Counted from the first letter of the whole stretch, positions 12,132 to 25,235 are shown. The stretch: 57,994 nucleotides of DNA, filler included, from Sphacelaria rigidula (GCA_964200075.2; 6 parts of 6 records of this genome joined end to end with filler, not necessarily neighbours in it), one strand, 5' to 3'. Translations and numbers: made by a program. Notes: generated from the sequence alone by a model not told the origin.

Positions 12132-12295
12132 ATGACACGCGCGGGGAAAGCAAGGATGGCTAGGGCGATGGCTTTGGCTGGGATAATGTTAGCTTCCATC
12201 ATTGGAATGGATGGTCCTGGTGCCTATGCATTCGTGCCCAGAGGTACGAGTGCAATGCTGCTTGGTTCATCGGCCAAGTTGCAGCAAAATCTCAG
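12132..12295 (+). CDS. First exon of probable plastid-targeted protein (bipartite presequence)
   Basis: MTRAGKARMARAMALAGIMLASIIGMDGPGAYA-FVPRG: hydrophobic signal peptide plus ASAFAP-type motif; donor CAG|gtgcgg (alternative AG|gtacga near 12243); no downstream exon recognised. Confidence 0.55.
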
Positions 12296-13197
12296 GTGCG
12301 GGCCACGGTAGGTGGCGGTGGATAGCACCCCTAGTTGATACGCAGGTTTTCAAGCATCGATTTGCTCTCGCAAGTGCGGCCGTGCGACCAACCGCTTGAG
12401 ACCATTCTAGCCAAATGTTATGAAAATCCAGGAATGAGCTGTCGAGATGCCTCGAATTAGGGCAATCTACCAGGAGCGTGGGGTTTTGACTCGTAATATG
12501 AGAATGTCATCAACAGGGGTGTTATACTACGTCACTCTCGTCGTCATGATACGATGGCAATAGGAGAGTGTTCAAATGTGGGTGTTGCTCTTTCAAACAA
12601 AGGTCTACAACCCGAGGTGGCGGGGGGGGCTAGGGTGGGTTGAAAATATTTGACATTATGCTGACTTTCGTTGATATGTACGGAAGGGGGGTGCTCAATA
12701 CACGCGTGCAGGACGGAGCCGCGCGGTCTCTCCCGTGTGTGCTAATGTTTTTTTGTCCTTCGGAGACGGTACAAACTGCCGTTTGTCCCATTGACAGTAC
12801 AGGCGGTGCCGAACAGTTTGAACTGCGTCAAGTCGATATCAATAGTTACACATACCGGTTTTGTAACCCTCAGTCCTTTCAAGACTGTATGAAGCGCTGG
12901 ACTGCAATGTACGGTTACTCCATTGTACCGTGATACATGCAGGTGACGACAGGACGATTCCTTCACCCACCGAAGAAAAACAGTCCTCCCTCCCCCCAAA
13001 AATAGTCCCGCCGTTAGCCTGGGTCGTGCGTTGTCACCATCCCGTCCAAAATTGACGGAGATATCACGAATCAGTTGCCACCCGGCAGCTGGGATACAGC
13101 TACCTGTACACAACATCCCCATACACAGCTCTGCCGCCGGAGACTTCTCTCTGTCCTCTTTTTTACCAGTGCAAGCGGGGGTTGGGCACGCAAAAGC

Positions 13198-14343
13198 TAG
13201 GCTTTTACCTGTTATGCTAGCATAATTTCTGGCATAATTCCACCTTGGTGGCATAAATAGCATTGCGTTTCAATAAGTGTACCGTAATCGAGCATAATAT
13301 CCCACCTTAGCAGTCTTACGCCAAAATAAAAAGAAAAAAAATCGGAACAGAATCCGACATCTTTTCGCCCCAATACGCACGCATACACCGCGCAACCCCA
13401 GATTCAGCAAGATGGTGTTGTTGTCTGTAGTCTACATGACATGTGGTCGAAGTTTCAGCACGTGAAGCACTAACAGCGCTTGCACGGCCGTGTCTCCTGA
13501 AGTGAGCACCTCTACAGACGATACCAAGATAGGTACCGCGTAGAATGACATCGTCCAGAGTGTGCGCAATACGGATCGATGTGTTCGTTTGCCGGGGCAG
13601 GAGCCACCCAGCAGGAAGTGAGCGTATCTGCGTGTCAACATATGCATCCACTGACGTCTCACGCAGTCTGGGCCGAAGGAACTGCGTTTTGAGGGCGTAT
13701 CGATGGCATTGCCCAAAATCCGTATTTTGCTTCGTGCTACTAGCGCACCACGTGAAACGTGCCGCCGCTCCGGGAATATGCTGTCTGTGTTGTGGTCTAC
13801 CTCTGTGCCAAGTTTCAGGCTGATTACAACGGACACGGCGGAGAAATCCACAAGCAAAAATGACTCTTGATTTGTACTGAAAATAGAGTACTAAACCCTG
13901 TTAAACCGTCGAAAGATACACGAGGTGCGCATGATTTTTGTATGCGGGAATCTTGGCAGTTGTCTTGCTTCTTTTTTTTTTGGCGTAAGACTGTTAGGGG
14001 TTGACATATCGGTCTAAATGCTGGCCTGCTGAAATATTTTGGGCGAAAACTCTGCTATCATCGACCGCGCGTCTGAAAGATGGGTATGCCCTGGAACTAG
14101 CCATTCACTGATACTTACAACAGTATAAAACTGCCAGTCTGATGGTGATCGGTGGGTCTATATCCGATCGAAAATGGCTTGCTTGTTGGATATTACGAGC
14201 ATAATCAAGCATATTTCCACGTTGCAAGCATAAATCGAGCACAATTGTTGCGAGAATGCGAGCATAAATCGAGCATAATATTTGGTGGGATTACTAGCAT
14301 AAAGAAATGGCATTACTATTATAGCATAATACGTGAAAGCCTA
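13198..14343. mobile_element. Non-autonomous hAT-type element with GCATAA subterminal repeats
   Basis: TIRs TAGGCTTTTACCTGTTATGCTA / TAGCATAATACGTGAAAGCCTA; degenerate 8-bp TSD GCAAAAGC / GCCAAGGC; many GCATAA motifs near both ends. Confidence 0.7.
13303..14001. mobile_element. TIR element nested in the hAT element
   Basis: Inverted ends CCTTAGCAGTCTTACGCCAAAA / TTTTGGCGTAAGACTGTTAGGGG; TSD not clear. Confidence 0.6.
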
Positions 14344-14889
14344 GCCAAGGCTACCGCGGCCAAAAACACTGGGGATATAAAAGCAAAGTTATTTTCCATT
14401 CTGGCCTTCCCGAACGCGACAACCACTGCTGCACCTGATTGAGTGTCACGTTTATCACTACTCTGCCAAAGGTAAGATGCTCGATGAAGCATGTCATCGC
14501 AAAGATAGTGGTAGACAACTCTAAAACACCTCTACAGCTACCTCTCGCAAAAACTGCCGGATGACCCTTTTTGCACTCCCCGTCCTGTTGGTATTTGGAT
14601 GGAATGAGGTCTACAGCCACAATGGCTGTCGCCCTCACCGGTTGAGAGGACTTCCTGTGCTCGCTAAGCGGGTTGCATGCCCTGCTTTGCGAGCTCAAGA
14701 CTAAACTCTCAACCTGCTTGCTGCATACCGGGTGAGCGAGATGACCAAGTATTCCATGGTTCGGACGAATAAAATCGTAATTCGACTCATATTCAACATG
14801 TGGACGAATCAACCTTACGATTCGTACACAAGTTGTGAATTGTACATGTTTCGGGTTCGTGATTCGTACGACATCACCTTGAAAGTTCA

Positions 14890-15180
14890 TGATTCATGCG
14901 GTACACCACCAAAGGGAAACGTTACCTTCCATTCGTATGGCGTGAATCATAGGTGCATGTATAGGTACATGTTTCCCAATTTCCATTCATTTATTGTAGC
15001 ATGAATCATGGGCGCACGTTCCCCACCTTCCATTTATACGACGTGAATCAAGCGTATGTGTTTCCCGATTTCCGTCCATGCGGCATGAATCATGAGTGCA
15101 TGTTTCCCCACTTCCATTCATGCAAGATTGATCACGTGCATATTTATATGTTTCCCACTCTTCATTTATGCAGCGCATCC
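14890..15180. repeat. 42-bp tandem array, left block (continues at about 15573-15665)
   Basis: Units of type ATGAATCATGAGTGCATGTTTCCCCACTTCCATTCATGCAGC at 15001, 15043, 15085. Confidence 0.85.
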
Positions 15181-15184
15181 TGTC

Positions 15185-15572
15185 TGCGCATATCGGTTGT
15201 TGAATATTTCCTTAGTCGGTGGCTCTACGGTGCCCTCTGGTGTGTATCTGTATCTACCCTGCTGCCCTGAATCCATTGGGCCTTTTCCTTTTAATGTATT
15301 TTATTTGCTCTTTACTTTCCTCTTCTTTTCCTTTTTTTAAATTTTTATTGGTCGGCCATTTCTTCCTGAGCTTTGCTTGTGTTGACTTTTTTTATTTTGT
15401 TACGACTTAGTCTGCTATGTCGTTCTGTTCGACTTTTTGTTTTGTTATTTTCCTTCTTCTTTTTTCTCAGAGCGTGTTTCCGTTCCGTTTTTCTTGGGTA
15501 CGTCTATAATGAGACCACGGCTGGACCCCTGGGGGGGCAGTCAAGTGCGACAATCAATCAATCAATCAATCA
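15185..15572 (+). mobile_element. Non-LTR retroelement-like 3' fragment with (TCAA)n tail
   Basis: T-rich body ending ACCACGGCTGGACCCCTGGGGGGGCAGTCAAGTGCGAC(AATC)n; homologous to 50410-51402. Confidence 0.65.
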
Positions 15573-17649
15573 AGCGCGAATGATGCGTACATGGTCTCCG
15601 CCTTCTGTTCATATTATATTAATCATGTGAACATGTTGTTTCCCACCTGTCATTTAATGGCGCATGACTCTTCGGTGGCGCGGCCCTTTGGCAGGTGGGG
15701 TAGGCAAATAAGAGCGCCCAGGTCGCGAACCCGTCATCAAGAGCCAAATCCGCAACTAACCCTTTTGGAACTCACAATGGAAAATTGATCACTAGCAATT
15801 GACGGTTTTTGAGCAAGATGTGGTTGATGGTGCATAGCTTAGACGCAACAATTTTGGCCAAGCGCGTATTTTTCAGACCCGTACGAGTGACAAGTGGAAC
15901 AAGAGAAGGCTTCCTATTTTCTTGCTGCGATCCGCCGGCTTTTTTTTCGACACTCATGAGGTCCTTGCTCGGCCACTGTGCGCGGCAGGCCTCTGTGAAG
16001 CATGCTTCCGGCCTGACCTGCGCGCCCTGCCCGCTGCAGTTTATACTCTTTGCAGTGTCATAGCAACAAGGGCAACGCCGATGGTACATTCGCTAAATTT
16101 ATGAACTGGCGGTATGCAAACCCAGGCAGTCACCTTTCCGTGCCGCCGGGGGTGCTGCGACACTGCCCTGTACAGTACTGGGTGTGTTTACAGCAGTTCG
16201 GGGTAATCTCGACTGCAGACTCACGTCATGCACAACATCGCGCTCATACACGTTCCGACAGCACCATCCCGCCCTTTGAAAAATGGGTAAAGGCGACGCA
16301 GACGCCATGTGCCCTGCAGTTATGCACCGTCACTTTGGTGTAGAGTCTGCCAAGTGCCGTCGCCCCAAGGGGTGATACCTTACTGCTTCGTGTCATGTCT
16401 GTGTTGTATTTTGAAAATATCTCTGTAAAACGCGGGGCATGCACAGAACTGCGCTCTGCCAAGTACGTGCCGACAACATCATACTTCGGGCTGACTATTA
16501 CACAACGGCGTAGCGAAAGGCACAGTTGCCCCACCACATCTATACCGCGGGTTGATCGTTCCCGACCGTTGCATAGATATACTTCATGCTGCATGAGATT
16601 CATGACGCCGGCTACTGCTATCGTCTCGTGCCGTCTACTCTCGTGGCCGACTTTTCATGACATGCCCATATTTATCTTGCACGGAGTGTAGCCGCAAGTC
16701 AATACTGTAACCTACTGTATTTACTGACTGTAGTGTTTTTCATCGGGCCTGATTACGGTAGGCGGTGTCCGTCGGCTCCCTCCCGTGTACATGTATATCG
16801 CCTGTTCGGACGCCTGCGATTACACCCGCCATGTACCGCCTGCACAACCCACTGTGCCTTCCACATGTGGTGACGGGATTTCGCTGGGTTCAGCCATACT
16901 GGGCTGTATGTACGGTGTGGCTTGGCAATTTCGCCACCCGATGCTGCAGCCCGTCAAAGCGGTGCTTCCCTCATGTACAAATGCTGATATACAAACGTGC
17001 CAGGTTGGACCCTGGAGCCCATTGCTATTTTTTGAATGGGATGTTTCATAGTGGTTTTGCTGATTATTGTTGATGGATATAATCGGACACACTTCATCCG
17101 TTGCGTCGTATAATTGGACAAACCTTACCCACATTCTCCAGGGAGGACATTCTTCTCCGTGCTTCCATTATAAAAATGGTTGCCGTCGGCCTATTTTGTT
17201 TCCATGTTTTCCTGTTCGTCAGGGCTTCTCATAAGAAGGCGTTTGGCCAGGGGACAGGAGGGGAGGGTTCCAAAAGAGTTAATCCGATTTCAAATTTCGT
17301 TCTCACCTTCAACACATTGACTATGGTACACAACACACGCGTCTGCGTGCGCAGAGCGGTTTTCCAGCCAGTTTTTTTCTCCCGAGCTATGCCATTAACA
17401 GCCTTTGTGGTATGATGTTGTGTTGTGTGGTACAGTTGACCTGAACATTCTGTATACACTACCACGAACACTTGCGAAGAACACAGCACCAGCACGGGTT
17501 GTCCTTGCGCCTCGCGGAATTTTCCGGGAAAACTCCGGCAGCGTACTCTGCAGTCCGCGGATAATACCGTACTGCATGGCACAGCACGCACCTGCGGGCG
17601 CAGAGTGATTCTTCTAGCTGTTTTCAGTATTTTAATGTGATTCATACAG

Positions 17650-18035
17650 CATGAATCACTTGAGTCATGTACGTGTTTTCCACCTTGTGTTCGTGAACAT
17701 GAATTGTAGATACGTTTTTCTCACCTTCCATTCACACGAAAGGAGTGAAGCGTACATGTGTCTCCCCTTTCATCTATGCAGCATAAAACATAGGCACACG
17801 CGTTCTGCACCTTCAGTTCACACGAGGTCAATCACACGTACATATTTTCCAATTTCCGTTCATGCAGCATGAATCATACGTACATGTTCTCCGCCTTCCA
17901 TCTACACGAGGTGAATCAAGCATACATGTTTCCCAGTCTCCGTTCGTGTAGCATGAACCGTACGTACATGTTCGCCACCTTCGATTCATACGAAACGAAT
18001 CAAGTGTACACGTTTCCCACCCAAGATTCATAGAG
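17650..18035. repeat. 42-bp tandem array, right block, alternating A/B units (84-bp higher order)
   Basis: About nine units; ATGAATCATACGTACATGTTCTCCGCCTTCCATCTACACGAG alternates with GTGAATCAAGCATACATGTTTCCCAGTCTCCGTTCGTGTAGC. Confidence 0.85.
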
Positions 18036-19266
18036 GAAGTGTGAGTCGTTTTTTTTCACTCTTGATTCGTACGGTATGGCCTCGAACATACAACTTTACC
18101 ATTCGTGACTCATACCGGATGACACTTTGGTACATGATTACAATTCAACATTCATGGGAAGTCAACCCGTATGAACGCTGATTCGTCCAAACCGTGAAAT
18201 CTTCTTGCCCTCCTACGTCCCGCTAGTGCTTCTCGTCGGTGTCTATCTTTGACCGATCATGAGCGGCTTTTACGGGGATTGATTCCTACTCTTTGAGCGT
18301 ACCCTGACTTTTCTCCCCCTTCCTACTACAGCCCTTTGATGTTGAAACCCCAAATACTAGTCATCAGACCAGTGGAAAGTACTGTGGTACAGCCCTCTTT
18401 GTCCTGCTAGTATTGTTATGGAATGAGATCTCCAGCCATCGTTGTCATCGTCACCCAAACTTCTTCTGGCGCTCGTTGGCTTACCCAAACTTGAAGCGCT
18501 TACTGCTGCCCTCCGCTCCTCTATATTCAGATCGTGTTGAATTATTGGAGTTCGGTGTTGGTACTGTAGCTATGCTGGCACATGCATTCATGAGTCACGA
18601 AAGCAGCCAAACCCCGCTGGCAGAAGTGTAGCTGCCAACTCATAAGTATCTGCGTATTACTCCTCCGCCTTGTCCGGCACTCAGGCCCTGCTCGCCTCCT
18701 GTGGCACCGTTCGTCCTATGTATCTATTCGCTGTCTTTTTCAATTTCCACCCGTCGCTCGCCATTCTCGTCGCTACACCCTGCCCTGCTATCGTGCGAGC
18801 GACTGCCGCTCCGACCCTGAGAGAGTGCATTGTGAACTTCCTGTCTCCCAACCCTCCTAGCAGCGCATACTTCTATAGCCTTGCCGTCATGGCTCTGGGT
18901 GTCATTATCCGCTCCCCTTTCGCTTGATCAATATATCCTGTAGTCTTCTATCCCCGGGGAGAAAAATGCTTGCCTTTCCTTCAAACCACACGATCTGATA
19001 GCCTTACCGTACATCTCCAACGCTGCTACTGCGCATGTATCCGGTATATCCCTATCCAGTGCTGCATGATGTACGTACTCGGAACTCGCCCTTGACGTTT
19101 TTTGTGAATATAAAGCTCAGAACTATTCCTGTCTTTTGGTAGCCGCAAAGCATTGCTTGCCATTATGTGCGTCAACCCTTCCCCCCTCCCCTTGGTTAGA
19201 CACCCATGAGGCAGTGCAAAAGCCGTGGCTGTCTCTGGAAGTGGCGATACCACAGAATAAAGCGAC

Positions 19267-19366
19267 NNNNNNNNNNNNNNNNNNNNNNNNNNNNNNNNNN
19301 NNNNNNNNNNTTAATTAATTAANNNNNNNNNNNNNNNNNNNNNNNNNNNNNNNNNNNNNNNNNNNN
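19267..19366. other. Artificial scaffold linker
   Basis: N44-TTAATTAATTAA-N44. Confidence 0.98.
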
Positions 19367-19766
19367 GGCACACAGACAGACAGTTCGAGATCTTTGGGAT
19401 CGGACAAGCCGACAGTCGAGGAACATTCCTCGTGACTGGAAGTTTCCTATGGACAGGACCTGTTGGTCTGGTTCTGGACAGAACCAAAGGCATGTTGGGT
19501 TCGCATAGCTGGGATTCACATTATTATTATTCACGGTATTTGCTGTTTATGGTCTCGAGAAGTGGCTGATTCCTGTCGTTGAAAACATCAGGACGTGAGT
19601 AGCAGAATAGTTTGTTTGACTGAGTTTTCTTGATGAGAGTCAGCGCGGTGCGGAAGTGCTGATTCAATCCGCGATACCATAAGTGAGGAAGCACCGGGGG
19701 AGAAAGAGGATTGGATCCCCAGACCACCGACTTGTCCCGACGAAGGGAAGGGGGGTTATTGCAACG

Positions 19767-20069
19767 TTTTTTTTTTCCTCGCACTTTGAACCCCTTCCCT
19801 TCCTCGGGATGAGTCCGTGGTCTCGAGGGATCAACCCATCTCTCCCCTGGTACGAGCCTTACATTTTGGTCTCGCGGATTGGGACAGCATTTCCGCACCG
19901 CGTCAACTCACGTCACACAAACCCCGTCGACTACTTTGTTCACTCACGTCCTCACGCTTTCCACGGTGGAAATCATACACTACGAAGAAAAAACCCAACG
20001 CGTCGGGAATCGAACCCCCGTTCTCTCCACCCTGATGGCGACAGTCGGACCATTACACCACCGGGGTGC
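19767..20069 (-). mobile_element. tRNA-derived SINE family 2
   Basis: Minus-strand A box TGGTGTAATGG (20050-20060), B box GGTTCGATTCC (20006-20016), A10 tail at 19767-19776; 3' end recurs at 57920-57994. Confidence 0.75.
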
Positions 20070-20749
20070 GTGTGACAAGAAAAAAACATTTGGCGAGTAC
20101 CGAAGGAGAGACGAATACCTGGCGCCCTTGGGCAAGTCCTGAGGAAGGAAATTAGTTGAAAATGCTGTGAAAACTATCAGTACACGGATTTCGTACAAAC
20201 AGAATGTGTGGTCCATACTGTAGTCCAGTAATTCACGTCAACTACGCGCCCACACTAATGGATGTTACTTGACGACACTGCTGAGCAGCACAGAACATAA
20301 CAGCCCTTTCGAGCTATATCTTACACCGGGAGGCGCATGGACGAAAACGTTGTACCCGTAGAGCTCGGAGGATCCGTCGAAATCCCCAAGTGCAAACCAT
20401 TACAAGGAATACGTAGGAAGGGGAAAAAACAATATTAATGGTTACAACTGAAGGGATCCGAATGCTGAAGCGTAGACGTGGACGAGGAAGCTCCGATGGC
20501 GACGTCGTGAAGGCCCCGAGTCCAAAGTCGATGAAGGTTGAGGTGGCTCGAAAGTGTGGTTCAAATCTAAAAGGCAAAGGTAGTTATTCAAACCGGCGTG
20601 TGATCGCAGAACCTGCGGAGGTTGATGGATCTGGCAATCTCGAAAAATGGATACGAGCAGGGGCGGGTAGTGCGAAGAGATCCTACAATGTTTGTTACGT
20701 GTGATTGTTGATTCCGTGAGTGCGGTCGACGTTTGGCTTGATACCACGA

Positions 20750-23700
20750 CGGAGTCTGGCAGATTTGAATCGCTGTAGACAGCAAGATGTTGTGGAACGC
20801 TTGCGGACTAGCGGTGTAGTGTCAATCGTGGAGCTTGAGTTGCACCGGACCGGGGTCATCGATGAATCGCACGGTTCAGGTGCTGTTGTCGGATGGGTCG
20901 ACAATATGAATTTGACGAAGTCAAGAGAAGTTGCCAGTACCCTTAGAACAAAAGATGAGCTCGTTTGAGGAGGCGGCTGCTTATGAAAATTTTCGTCAAC
21001 CATGCACCGAAGACCGAGTCACGGCCGGAAGCAACAAATCGTAGACCTTTGCCACGGTACAGCTCTCGGGCTGCAGCACCACAGCGCACACCAGGTATGT
21101 CTTGTTGCTCGTAAAATGTTGTCCTTGGGGACCCGTCCAATACTGGAGGGTTGCGTGACCGTGGATTTGAATATCAGATTCGCCTTCCTACGATGCACGG
21201 CGGAGACCATGCCGGTGGGTTTCGCACATGACAGCGACTCTGCCACCACGTCCGCAACCAAGCTATTGACCAGTGATTCCGGACACTTGCAATCGCAATA
21301 CTGCGACGACGTCGGTAGTAACATAGTAGGGCGCAGACTTTATGGAGTAGCTGTTGAGCACGTGCTGTTTTAGGCCGGCGGGGGGATTTTTGGGCATATC
21401 ATCGAGGTCGTGAGGGTTCACGCGGATTCGCAACGAACTACGGGAAAGCGAGGTCTAGCGTCTGAGCCTTGAAGATCGCGCGGTGAGTCCAACAAGCACA
21501 CGAGTTTGTCGCCAACAGGGAGGCACCACCAGGAGACGTCTGTGGTGGACCAACTCACTAAAATATTCAAAGGGCCTGTATTCGAGGGAAGACTTGGTTT
21601 TAAGCACCTCATCATTGTGAGCTTTTGCGTGGCTCCTTGTCGAGTAGTTGACTGCCCGTTAGAGATCCATAGCCAGTCGCCGACCTTTTAGGTGGGGCCC
21701 TCGTGAATGATGTTGTAGAGAGTAATCTCTGCTCTCTCGATGCGAGAAGCGTAACCATATTGTGTCCACGGACTGATGTGTAGTCCTTATGCTGTCATAA
21801 GTGCGCCAGTTGGATATACGATATCTCCCAACCCTTGGTGACCGTCGAACATGTGGCGTTCAGAAACGGAGACTGGCAGTCGAGGGAGGAAAACCGGTAT
21901 GTATTTTATCGAGTGATAGTCCAGTGGCTGCATTGATCACGTTCTTCTAGGCTACTATCACAAAAGGGGGGTGAAGATCCCGATAACTTTTGGCGACCAT
22001 GCACAAGCATCGACAACGTTTGTGCCGTGGTGTGGTTCACGCGTTCGATATCACCACTGCCGTTAAGATGATAGATACGTGCTCGTCGCAATCTTGCCGA
22101 TCCCCATCAGTTTTTCTTGAGGGAGAGATCAGCACGAAATTACTGTTCAGTGTCCAAGAGGAGCCGCAACCGCAGTACTTAGTGTGTTCATGGACAAGGG
22201 TGTCAGCGGTGCCAGATGCCGTGTAGTCATTTCATTGGTTGTGACGGGATACATGGCTGCGGGGCGGCTGAAACGGTCAATGAACAACAAGGTCGAGGTG
22301 CTGCCACAGTCCGTCCCGGGTACAGAACCCCCAAATAGTCAACATACACAAGATTGCCGGGTTCGCTGGGTAATTCCATAGAGATGACGGGCCAATGCTC
22401 TGTGTGTCGGAAGTGTTCTGCGTGCTTGACATCTGAAACAGCGTCGGATCCAAAAAACAAACGGAAGTTTCCAGGTCAATCCATCCACCAGCAGAAGCGT
22501 TCCAGCACTGTCAGAGTGCGGGTAACGCCAGGGGGGCAGGACAAGATAGGACGTGGTATCCTTTCATGACCCATGGGTGTATGATGAATGGGGTATATAT
22601 GCGAGGTGGTTAATTACCGACAAGGCATGCGTAGCAGCCAGCTAGTTGAAGGGGCGGAGCTTGTGTCAGGCTGCAGTGTGGCACGGTGGATCAGTAGCTG
22701 ATCACCGGTGTCCGTGGCGAACAAATGTCCTCTGAGCACGCGTTCATAGACTTCGATCGGAGGCACAGGGGATGGTTGCCTTGCGGGGTCAGGACGGCTG
22801 TCGGGGATCCAACTGGGCAACCGAGCTCTAAGTTCTTCATTGGAGCGCGACAACACAGGTTCCGCAAGCTGGTCACGCGCCCAGTCTTGATATGAATGGC
22901 AAGCAAGAATGTATCGCAGTTTCTCTTCCACCGGAAATCCGACCGCAGGAGGCGCGAGCCAAACGGCGGTGTAACAGGAGATGAAGGTCGTAGACCGACA
23001 TTGATCGATATCTATGCCGGCATCACGAAGGGTGGAGACCTTGCCAGAATCAGGTGGTGGCGATGTAGACTGGTGGTACCGATGACGACGGCGGTGGTTC
23101 GGCGCGCGGGGAAGGCGCGACGCGCCGCGCGGTAGGTGCGCGAGATGTCGGCGCTGAGACCTTGAAGCTTGCAGAGCTGGCAGAAACTGGGAATGCTGGC
23201 GGGGATGGCGATGGAGCTAATCACGCGGGAGTCCGATAACATATTGCCTGAAAGCAACGAAGTCGTCCGAGGCGTTATGTCGAAGAATTTCACGCTCGGG
23301 CCAAAATTGCAAAAAATCGTCATTATTGCAAAAACCATCAAATTGCTTGTGGTGGGCGCGAGCCCACCCAAGACAGCGCCACATGGGAGAGAGCGAGAGC
23401 CTCTTCCGTGCACACCCGTTTCAGGACACAGAAGATCGAGAGCATATGCGCGGTTGCAAAAGCGGCATATGGTATGCACCTACCTGGCTCTTCAGCCTCG
23501 GTCAACCGCCACGCTGCAGTAAGATCGACGACTGTGGGGGGTAGGGGGAGACGAGACCAGAGATCCACGTTGTGATTGGTTTTGGCTAGTCCATATTTGA
23601 CGCTAAATTGGTACGCCGTGAGGAACTCCTGTCAGCGTCGAACCCTAGGGTTGTGTTTCCCAGTTTCGGCTACTATAGCTGTTCGACAGATTTTGATTAT

Positions 23701-25220
23701 CCGAATAAATTTCGAATGGTGCGTGGAACAAATACTGTCTCATCTTGGAGCGTTTGATCGCCTAAGTAATGAGTCCACCTTCCAGCTCGGGAAGAAACCA
23801 CTTGCGTTAGCTGGGCAACGTGGCGCGATTGATGTACGGGATGGGTCGCACTGATTTATCAAGCTGGCCTTGATTGCGCACAGCTCCGAGACTGTCCGTG
23901 CTGGCGTCGGTGTGGAGCATTTCAATCAATCTGCTTTCAGTCAGCGAAACATGAACCGGTTTTCCCGAAAGATTTCTGAGAAGCTCGAGGACTACGGTCT
24001 CCATTCCCGCAGTGAAAACAAAAGCGACGCCTTGTTTGAGTAGCGAATCAATGTGGGGCGCGGGCGGCTTCGAGAAGTTCGGCAAGAAATTGTGATAGTA
24101 GGACAGTCTTGCCAAAAGAGATCGGAGTTGGGAATTTTTTGTCGATGTATGTCCATTATCGCGGCGACTGTATTGGTGTCTGGTTCAAGTCCTGCAGGGA
24201 AATTTAGTGTCCGATAAAGTCGAGCTTGATGATGCCGAGTCGTGCTTTGGCCCGGGATAAGTTCAAATTGTTCTAGCGCGAGCGGGATAGAAAGTCTCGT
24301 GAAATACGGACGTGGGCTGCTGGTGATTCGCCATAAGCGATAGCGTCATCTAGGTGTATACTGACATGTTCCGGCCCTTCTTTGACATGGTGCATGGAGA
24401 ATTGAAAAGCATCCTGGCGCAAAGGCAGCACCTTGCGCGGCATGCGTAATCGTACGTACAGTCCTGTCGGAGAGCAAAACACCGTGAATGGAGTAGACGC
24501 AGGACGTGAAAGCGTGCGGGGAGATCCCAGAAGCAAAGGTCGAAAATACGCAAGACTTTCCCTTTACTTCAAGAGTCGACGGTCTGATTGACGCAAGGGA
24601 TGGGGGGGCTCGCGAACTACTGTCACACGATTTAATCGTTGGTAATTGACAGAGATGTGTATGCTGCTATATGTACTGGGGACAACTAATTACCAAAGGT
24701 GAAGCCCCAGGGAGAAAAGAAACCTGGGAACAATCCTGCCCCGAAGTACTCACCCAGTGTGGCATTGACTTTCTTAGTATACACTGGATTAGTCCGAATA
24801 AGGTCTCGAAGAGACAAGCGTAGTTCCCGTTTGAATCTTTCGCTCGAAGGGTAGCGTCTCGCAGTGTCCAAGTTCGGTTCTTGACGTGGGAACAGTTTCG
24901 TTTATTTTGCAGAACTTGACTGAGTGCTGGATGACAGCAGGTTGCCATCCAGGTCCTAGCAAAACAAAAACAAAATAATGAAGTTGATGTGACGTAAATG
25001 GTGTGGGGGCAATTTAACCCAGATGTGTCGAAAACTATGTCTAGAATCAGAAGAAAGACGTCGCAGTACTTCTCCTGGGGACTCGTTGGTCGATGGAACA
25101 GGATTTACAATATGGATCTGCGGCGACGTTGGGGACTTGATATCGTCGAACAAGTCCTCTTCAACGTAATTAATGAACTAGGGGGGTCGGTTAGAGTGGC
25201 CCGGGCTGCGTCGGGGGATC
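20750..25220 (-). mobile_element. Degenerate Ty3/gypsy (chromovirus-like) LTR retrotransposon pol: RT, RNase H, integrase, chromodomain
   Basis: In gypsy order on minus strand: RTNPV..SPW; FCSPTGLY..RMP..HLDDAIAY (RT); LHTDASTDSLGAV..RPIPYINR (RNase H); IERVNHTTAQTL (integrase); LQVSGITGQ..GRGGRVAVMCETH (chromodomain). Many stops and frameshifts; gag and LTRs not seen. Confidence 0.9.
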
Positions 25221-25235
25221 GTCGATGCAAGTGTT

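Larger units (their letters stand above)
14755..18196. mobile_element. Large hAT-type element (family A termini) containing a 42-bp tandem array and nested insertions
   Basis: TIRs CATGGTTCGGACGAAT / ATTCGTCCAAACCGTG; 8-bp flanks AAGTATTC / AAATCTTC (6/8 match). Confidence 0.6.

Noticed and set aside
14890-18035. 42-bp periodic array as a CRISPR-like locus
   Set aside because: Whole units are homologous with no unique spacers, there are no cas genes, and the context is a eukaryotic transposon.
19995-20069. tRNA gene (also 31300-31379 and 26175-26250)
   Set aside because: A and B boxes are present but no complete cloverleaf or acceptor stem; they continue into repeated SINE bodies.
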